Positions 55,690 to 64,000 of a stretch of 64,000 nt of DNA are shown one piece after another. The DNA is from Octopus vulgaris (taxonomy: Eukaryota). The notes under the pieces were generated by a model. The model was not told the DNA's origin, did no database searches, and worked only from the letters and a program-made list of their open reading frames with translations. Each line of letters begins with the position of its first letter. The stretch's first letter is position 1. The DNA is taken from the NCBI GenBank assembly GCA_951406725.2, contig OX597821.1, positions 10,912,001 to 10,976,000 on the forward strand. Reading direction: 5' to 3'. The position numbers and the translations under genes are program-made.

Positions 55690-56860
55690 AAAGCCTTAGA
55701 ACTATCATGGCATCTTATGTGGCTTTTTAAACCAATATTTTGAATAGACACCCAAAAAGATTGCATATCCGATTTGGACCACCAAGACTTGCAATTAAGT
55801 TGTGATCTTTGTGGATCTTAAAATGTCTTTTGAGGTCTCCGTTAGAATTACAGACCTTCTGACATGCATTACATTGAAAAGTGTGCACATACATATAGGC
55901 AGAATAGTCGGTAGAAGTTCGTTTTTCAAGGGATCGCAAATGAGATTTGAGCCCAGCGAAAGGAAGGCATGGCCTGTCATAAAATGTGAACACAAAAGGG
56001 TCATTGTGATTCACCTTCTCGATCGTAACATTCTTCTTTAAATCTCTCTTGAGTCTGGCATGCGTTATCCTGGCCTCCTCCAACTCTTTCACTCCACTCT
56101 ACGCTTTTCTTCGGCATCCATCTCGATACAAAGCAACGGTTTCTATGTCCTCTGCATTCATTCGAAGTGACTCCATGTTAGTCTTTATGCCGTACGTAAC
56201 CCTTTTCTTTAGGTTAACACCGATAGCGTTTCCCCTCTGCAAGCTCACGATAAAACAACTGTTTGGGCGTGCTTTCATCCGCCATTCGAACAATACATCC
56301 ACACCATCACATTTAATCTTTCAGAATTATAGCTTTGAGGTGATGCCTGCAGGTGCAAGGACATCTGCGTTTGGAGAAAAAGAACTGCATTTAATTTTTA
56401 AAATGCGATGAAGTAATTTTTGGTGGAATTGTTCTAACAATTTAAAATGTCTTTCATAACATGATGCTTCAAAAGAATACAAGGATGGTAACACAAATTA
56501 TTTGTAAAAAGCCAACTTTGTATTATTTTTTTATATGTCGCTGGCGCCAGACACGTGTCTCCAAGTCACCAAAGGCTTGTGCTGCCCTTTCCATTTGCAG
56601 ATGTAGTTCTGGATCCAGATTCCCATCTTTTAGTACAGAGGTTCCAAGGTAGATGAAAGAAACAACAACCTGAAATAACTTACTCTTAACAAAACGTTTA
56701 GGGGTCTTACAAACAACGCCACATGCAGGTTGATGCATCACACCTGTATTCTTTCCAAGTTGATAGTCAGGCCGAGTCAAATGCAAATACAAGAGATTGC
56801 AGACATGTTTCAGAATGACTAACTAGATTGTAATCGTCAACGTATGATAGCTATATGAGT
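55690..56860 (-). mobile_element. RTE-clade LINE 3' remnant with C-terminal C2H2 zinc finger(s)
   Basis: FIYLGTSV..DGNLDPEL..RAAQAFGDLETRVW; ALYRDG.R; FQCNACQKVCNSNGDLKRHFKIH. Confidence 0.8.
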
Positions 56861-56863
56861 TCC

Positions 56864-56964
<101 letters not shown>

Positions 56965-56977
56965 GCAAAGTGTAGTA

Positions 56978-57635
56978 TAGTTGAAATAAATTTGTGACAC
57001 ATTTCAAGTACTAAAAGACAAATTTAAAGCAGTTACCATGGAGAAAATATCTCTTGTATGGTAAAAATGTGTGAAAACACCTTGTTTTTTCAGTGTCGAC
57101 ATTTATCAGGAATCTGAAATATCGATATTTGGAGGGGTTTTTTTCTTTACTTTTGTCAATGAACCTAAAAGATTTAACTCTGAACAAACTTGTAAAGCAA
57201 TAGCTTTTTGTAAGATTTAGTCAGCAACGTTGACTAGTTTACGCTGGTATATCGCCCGATCGAGGTAAATAAGGAAATGTTAGCGGAAATTAGTGTTTAG
57301 GCATAAACACTAATTAAGTTAGTAAAAATATGTTTGTGACTTATGTTAACTACTAAAAGGCAAATTCACTGTAGTTACCATGGAGAAAACACCGCTTTTA
57401 TGGTAAAAATCTATTGCCTTATGAGTTTGTTCAGAGTTACCTGTCTTAGGTGTATCCCATTGAGAAGAGTCGAAAATCTTGAAACACCGATGTCTGCGAT
57501 TCCTGATAGATAGCGACACTGAAGAGGCCGCATATTTTCACAGCTTTTCGTCATCAGAGAGATGCTTTCTCCACAGTAACTGCACTGAATTTGCCCGTTA
57601 GCAGTTAAAATATGTCACAAATATATTTTAACTAG
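56978..57635. repeat. Diverged foldback/MITE-like inverted repeat
   Basis: ~56978-57130 is inverted at ~57482-57635 (tttgtgaca..cagttacc..ttcagtgtcg..tatcaggaatc). A partial direct copy lies at ~57320-57410. Confidence 0.65.
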
Positions 57636-57879
57636 CCTAAAGTTCGCGTAGTGTCGTGTGTACTGGAAATGCAGGTTCGAGTCCGAAAAGCAATCTTACA
57701 TATTTTTCCGTTCAAAACAGTTTTACGGCTCAATATAATCTGCCATTTTTAATATTCTTATGTGCACCTGAAAATCCAATTAAAAATTTGAATCATGTCA
57801 TTTTCTTTCGAAATTTATAAATTCCCATGGCGTGAAAAACATTAGATACATACATACATACATGGCAATCGTTGTGCCA

Positions 57880-58609
57880 AAGGACCAAAGCAGTCTGTAA
57901 GGTCAGCTCTCGGCTTTTTCTATTCAAAATTATTTTCCAATTCAATAATTACATACTGTAAATGCAATAATTGCATTTCTGCGAGGATCAGATATTGCAC
58001 ACACAGAACAACCGTTGGATTGCCGTGTCCCCAAAAACATGTAACGGCAGTGATACATATGACCCATCCAGTCAACATAATGATGCTTGGAATAATCACT
58101 TGTGATGGCAAAGTTATGCCTCCATTCATCTTCTCAAACGGCATCAAACTCAAAACCGAGGTCTGGAGAAGGTACTGCTGCCCTGTGTCAAGAGGGTGGT
58201 TGCCGGAAAACCCTATGTCTGGCAACAGGACACTGCACCATGCAACCCAAGCAGGAGAACCCAGTCATGGCTTTCAGACAATTTCTGTGCCCATATCACC
58301 TATAATATCTGACCACCTAACTTCCAAGACTGCAACGGGTGCGCAGTTGAGCGTTAGGAAAACAAATATCCTTGTAACGCCAAAAATGTACTGAAGGCAG
58401 GGTTTATGGCAGCTTTCACCAACTTCAACAAGGAGACCATCGGGAAGATTTGCAGGAGAGGCCGAAATCAATGGAGATTTTATCGAATAAATTTAGTCTT
58501 TAGTATTTCGAGATAACTTTATGTTAACTTTGGTAAATATCTGTTAAAATGAAACGTTAATGTTGTGTTCATTTGCGTAATTTAGACGACAATGCATTCG
58601 CTACACCCA

Positions 58610-58611
<2 letters not shown>
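57880..58611 (+). mobile_element. Tc1/IS630-like transposase remnant
   Basis: HPVNIMMLGIITCDGKVMPPFIF; PYVWQQDTAPC; terminal cacccagTA. Confidence 0.75.
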
Positions 58612-58687
<76 letters not shown>

Positions 58688-58691
<4 letters not shown>

Positions 58692-60042
58692 GTTGGGCCA
58701 TCATGATGGGATGCGTTTCAAATGATAGTATCTTGGATTATAAAAACGACATATCTATTACATAATTGATACACAGAAGTTCTACGGATTTACAATCTTT
58801 AATAAGTCGTTGGTGTAGGTGGCGCTCACAATATCGTGGACTTCCAAAAGAAATAGAATATGTGGTCGAAGCTTACTTTGCCAGCCAATGTTCGATCCTT
58901 GCATCCAAAAAAAAGAAAAACAATACCGACACCATTGTGGAAAGCGAAAGGCACCATCCCGAAATTTGATTCTCCGTGCTGTTACAAACATCCATTAGAC
59001 AGGCGATACCGAGAAGGAAAAAAACCCACGTCGACCTCAAACGTCTTGTGATGCACAGAACTGCCAAAGCATGGGGAACGTTATTATACAATGTTACTCT
59101 ATGTCTGCACGTCGATTGGCACAACGGTTGAATATTTCGTGAACCAGTAGCAGAAGGATTTTAAAACAAGACCTACACTTGTTTTTGTATAAGGTACAGC
59201 TAGTGCAGCAATTATTTCCGCCAGGTAAGGTGGAAGGAAAAACATTTAGTGATTGGCTGGTCAATATGTGCAGGGAGGGAAAGGATTTTATCCATCATTT
59301 GATCACATCAGATGAATCTCATTTTAAACTTTCTGGTTATGTTAATAAACAAAATTGTAGGTTTGGGGATTGTGAAGGTCCTCAAATTGTTGTCGAAATG
59401 CATATTGCACAGTAAGAGGGTTACAATGTGGTGTGCAATGAATTAAGCATGTGTGATTCAACCTTACGTTTATGAGAAGGATCATCCCATGGTGGGTCTG
59501 TAACAGTAACTGCTCAACGCTACAGTCATATATTGGAGACATTCTTCTTTTCCGGGTTACAAAGGCCTACCCTGACACAGATACGTATGCAATAACATGG
59601 GGCCGCTAGTTATTTAACGTGACACTTAATGACAATTTTTCGAGAACGATTCCCCCGATATCTCATTTCGAGATTTGGAAATATCCAATGGCCATCCAGA
59701 TCACCTGATCTAACCTACGTGGACCATTTCCTGTGGTAGTAGCACAATGATGCAGTATACGCAATAAGGCGCCAAACAGCAGCGAAACTAAAGTATCCGT
59801 AGAGAGACTGCATCCATTCTAGTTGATATGTAAAGCTGCGTATGCTTGCTATGAGAAATATTGCTTGTGAATGCTAACTTCGTGGTTGTGACCATCTCCA
59901 GGATGTCATATTCAAATCTTAGATACTTTGAACTCTTGCATACCAGTTTTGAAAAAATATATTTGGTTCTCTATGTCTCTAATTTCATAACCCAAGATAC
60001 TAGCATTTAAAATATGTCCCATCACTTTGGCCCACCCTTTCT
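58688..60042 (+). mobile_element. Tc1/mariner (maT/DD37D-like) full-length degraded element with TIRs
   Basis: TIRs gggcca..tgatggga..aaatg.tagtatcttgg at both ends. YKVQLVQQL; SDESHFKLSGYVNKQNCR; WPSRSPDLT..D.FLW. Confidence 0.85.
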
Positions 60043-60079
60043 ATATGTATGTATATATGTATGTAGGTATGTATGTATG

Positions 60080-60116
<37 letters not shown>

Positions 60117-61244
60117 TGCCTATGTATACACTTATATAAATACATAGCCAGCTACAAAAATACGCATGCATACACTTGCATACAGTCAGGTATATTTTCA
60201 TAGATACTTCTTATACATGCATATACATTATACAGAAAGGTGAGCATGTGTCGCTCACTTAGGATATCTCATTGATTGCATTGAGAGAATACCTGAATAA
60301 GATGATGAAAATAGGAAATAATAGAAATGCTACTTTGATGTTAATGCACACCATTATAGCATTAGATGCATCTTCGACAATTCTCTTGATAGTCGAAAAG
60401 GCTGAAATACTAAATCAGTTTCGTGCATGAATTAATTGCCTAACAACATATTTTATTTCGCCTACGCAATCGTTCTCTTCGTACCTTTGTGATTCCGATC
60501 TGTTTATTCACTTAAATACACTGTCATCATTGGATTTTAAGCTTTAAAAGTCTGGAACTGAAATTACCAAATAGATAATACCTTGAGCTTAAAATGCATT
60601 TAATACGGTGACAGGATTTCAAGTACGTATATTCACTTTCTATTTAATTTATTTGATCAAGAGGAGTGAGAAGAGACATTCGTGTGAACCAAACAGTTAT
60701 ATATTATTTATTTTTGTTTAACATTAAAGACTTTCGGTTCACTAAGAATGTGGTTTCGAGTATATTTTATTTCTCACTCAATAGCTCCGTAATAATTTTG
60801 TTGAGAGACATGTAACAGGTTTTTATGGAGTGATTAACACGTATAACCATATAGATGTAAAGAAAACGTACGTATATATATATACATATTTGTGTACCAA
60901 ACACACAATACATCCTTGAAACAATTCACTATGTTGATATGTATGCATATATATCGACACTCCACCTGTGACGACAGAAATATATCTGAATATCATTTGA
61001 AATAGAGAAGTAAATACATTGAATGACATAGGGACACTTATACTCAGGTCTAAGAGTTACTGTGTAAACAATTCACTGAAGATTACTCTTCAGCTGCTTT
61101 CGCAAATTTAATGCATACTTAAAGCGTGATTAACAGAGAAGTAAATAACACCAATGTAAAGAAATACGTGTTTTATTCACGTGTTAAGAAGACATTAATC
61201 TCGCGAAAGTGCAACGTTTACTGAAAGCTTTGCACAGGTACAGA

Positions 61245-61445
61245 GAGTCCTGAATATAATTGTTCTCTAAACCCCAGGTCAGAAACCTCTCTAAATTATT
61301 TTTTAGGATTATCGATAGGAACTTCCCACTAGGTCATAAATATCATTTCACATCCTGCCTTAAATTATCGTACTCAACCACACCCAATCTAGGATCTATA
61401 ATTGCGACCCATAATAGACTCGACCTTAGAAATAACAGCAGTAAT
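61245..61445 (+). mobile_element. Naiad-like PLE thumb/linker fragment
   Basis: NLSKLFFRIIDRNFPLGHKYH..LKLSYSTTPNLGSIIATHN. Confidence 0.7.
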
Positions 61446-61446
61446 G

Positions 61447-62770
61447 GTTCGAAAAGTTGTAGAAACGTATGGTATATGCTAAAAAGGAGGAGGCCAAAGC
61501 GAAGTCGACCCCTCCAGAAGAGTTGTTAGCAGATGCATGATTATTTACAGAACCCTTCACCTGTCTGATAAGAAGATGGAAGTGAATCCGGAGGAGACCA
61601 TCGAGGGGGGTTTGAGCGGTATAAAAGAAGTCATTAGTTACCACGCACGAGGAAGGAAATTCGGTACAGTGGTGAGATTTGCCTCCGTAGAGGAGGAAGT
61701 AAAACACTCCACTGTACCTATAAGAACTGTGGAATGGCTACTCCTGCACGCCTAACTAGGAAAAAGAGTATCTACAGTGAGGGTTGGCAGGATTCCGACC
61801 GAAAGGAAAGAGGAGTGGATAACAGCAGCTGTCCTCTCAACTACTAACGAATATCCACAAAATATACTAGCAACCATAACTCAGCATCTGAATTGCCAGG
61901 CTATGGACTCAAGTTACTTGTAGAAGCAACTCAAGCTAACCTAATTGAAGTGCCCGAAGTAACTGAATTGCCTGACGAAAGAAAGCTGATCATAACAGTG
62001 GAGGGGAGACCCCCCCACTGCTATAGATGTGGCCAGAATGGGCGCATCAAAAGGACGTGACCTCAAACGAAAAAGAACCAGAGAAGGAAGCTCAGGTCCA
62101 GCCTGACCGCGAGGGTACAGCAGAAGATAATCGTAATGCAGGCGATTTGAAACAAACAAACGCCGAGTAAGAGTACATTTAGATTACCAGGAAGTGAGGA
62201 AAAAGTGGCTCGTCTCCTAAAGGTTAAAAGAAAACGAATAAGAGAAGCAGTGCACAACAAACAGCAGCAACTACGGACAGCAACACACCCACTCAGTGCA
62301 CACCATAACTAGCGACCCCAGAAAATGTTTCACAGAGACTCATAGCGAGCAGACAATTGCAGACGTTCGGACCCCGACAAAACAGACGGGTTATTTAGTG
62401 TTTTGCAGAATCAGCAAAGCAATGGACAAGACCATAGATAGATTCAAGAATGTTACTAGGGTTAAGCTATCTAATTTTCACCCACCTGAGACAAAGTGTA
62501 TTATAGCAGACATACCAAGGTACGAATTTTCAAAGGAGTACTATAAAAATTTTGTACATCTAACACGAGATAAGATTAGGTGCGAAACCCTGCCCCCGGA
62601 GCTAAAATATCCAAATTAAGATCCTTACATTATACAGACTGCGTAAGATTTGTGTAGATAATTTACACGTTTTATATTTTATGTCCCCGCGTGTACTGTC
62701 TTCTCTGTCCATGTACCGTCCTCTTTTTGTTTCAGGCCTCGTGCCCAATAAAGAATTAAAGTTTAATTCT
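61447..62770 (+). mobile_element. Degraded ORF1/gag-only LINE-like element (Tx1/L1-type ORF1 with zinc knuckle)
   Basis: RGRKFGTVVRFAS..VRVGRIP; ITVEGRPPHCYRCGQNGRIKRT*P (CCHC remnant at 62019-62060). Stop at 62619, then a T-rich UTR and AATAAA at 62747. Confidence 0.6.
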
Positions 62771-63433
62771 AATTATATCATCCGCATGAACAGTTTGGTC
62801 CGACAAAGCATTCGTTTTTAAAGAATTCTCAAAATTTTTCATGTCATTTAAAATTTGAGCCCATTTTTTAATCCTTTAACTCTCGTGAGAGAACTATAGA
62901 TAATTGCTATGTTTGAAGTTAGCTCGCCAATATCAACCTATATCTACTCCAAACAGCCTTAAATCATTTAATATTAACTTTCTTATCTACCCTCCTTTCA
63001 TTCTAATACGGACATTCAACCTCGCAAGTACATCTATGAACTTAAATTTTTTAATATTTAAACATCCTCGTATATTTGTATATTTATAAATTCTTATGAA
63101 ATTTTATCGTGTCTCATATACGTATATTGTGTAGAATTTCGACACCTTGAAACATTAAATGAATATGAATACCAACATTTGAAATTGTTTCACTCATTCA
63201 TAATTTTATATTCCTGAAGCTCAATTAGAGCTCCATTAAAAAGCGGATAACTATGCCATTTACTTCTTCATTATATATATATATGTAGGGTATGAGAGGC
63301 ATTGGTGTCAAAAGACCCAAATATGTCAGGCAATGTTGAGTAAATTCTATGGACAGACTATAGTTAAGCTCCAGGTTCGATAATGATACGAATGAGGAGT
63401 CCAATGTAGGTCGTGTATTAGCATTATATATAC

Positions 63434-63509
<76 letters not shown>

Positions 63510-63861
63510 TTAACAGAATGAGATATAAAATCCAAGGCTGGGAATAGTTTTCATAGAAAACTATATACGTAATCAAGTTATCATATTGGTAAACAGAGGT
63601 ATACGTATTTTCAAAATTTACTTCTTAAAGTATTTGCTTCTTATTTTTTCTTCAGAAAGAAAGAAATTCACTATTTCTTCATTGTGTTGTTTTGATTATA
63701 TGCTATGTATGCAAACTGAAGCGAACTCAGGTGTTATCTATCAAATGAAGTAGTTTATGATTCTTTATCTTAAACGATTCTGAATGTTACCTAATTCAAT
63801 GTGGTTGTATCACAATGGTTTAACGTACCTGACCTGACTGCAAATTCCTATTCCCTTACCT

Positions 63862-63901
<40 letters not shown>

Positions 63902-64000
63902 TTGTGTGTATGTGCGCGCGCGTTTGTGTGTATAGTATATACATACTTATATCTGTGAGTATATATATATATATGTACTGACAGGAGAGGTAACCGCTTC

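Overview
AT-rich, microsatellite-dense eukaryotic DNA. The SINE families and repeat landscape look like an octopus/coleoid cephalopod genome; this is inferred, not verified. I see no convincing host exon, and most listed ORFs are translations of (TA)n, (CA)n, (GATA)n or (AAT)n. The window is mostly transposon remnants: R4/Dong-like and HERO-like REL non-LTR elements, RTE and CR1/Jockey fragments, three tRNA-derived SINE families, Tc1/mariner elements, Helitron-like ends, a deleted Gypsy LTR element and an ORF1-only LINE. The main signal is a set of Penelope-like elements (PLEs) and hammerhead ribozyme (HHR) motifs. One young Neptune-type PLE (19226-22027) has an open RT+GIY-YIG ORF and inverted pseudo-LTRs carrying a U3-A8 variant HHR. 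Several non-coding HHR-bearing mini-elements sit inside (TA)n tracts, including a palindrome with two canonical HHRs (49869-50380). One PLE pseudo-LTR contains a 73-nt tRNA-like module, an (AAT)n tract and an HHR in series (38332-38533). Boundaries of old remnants are approximate.
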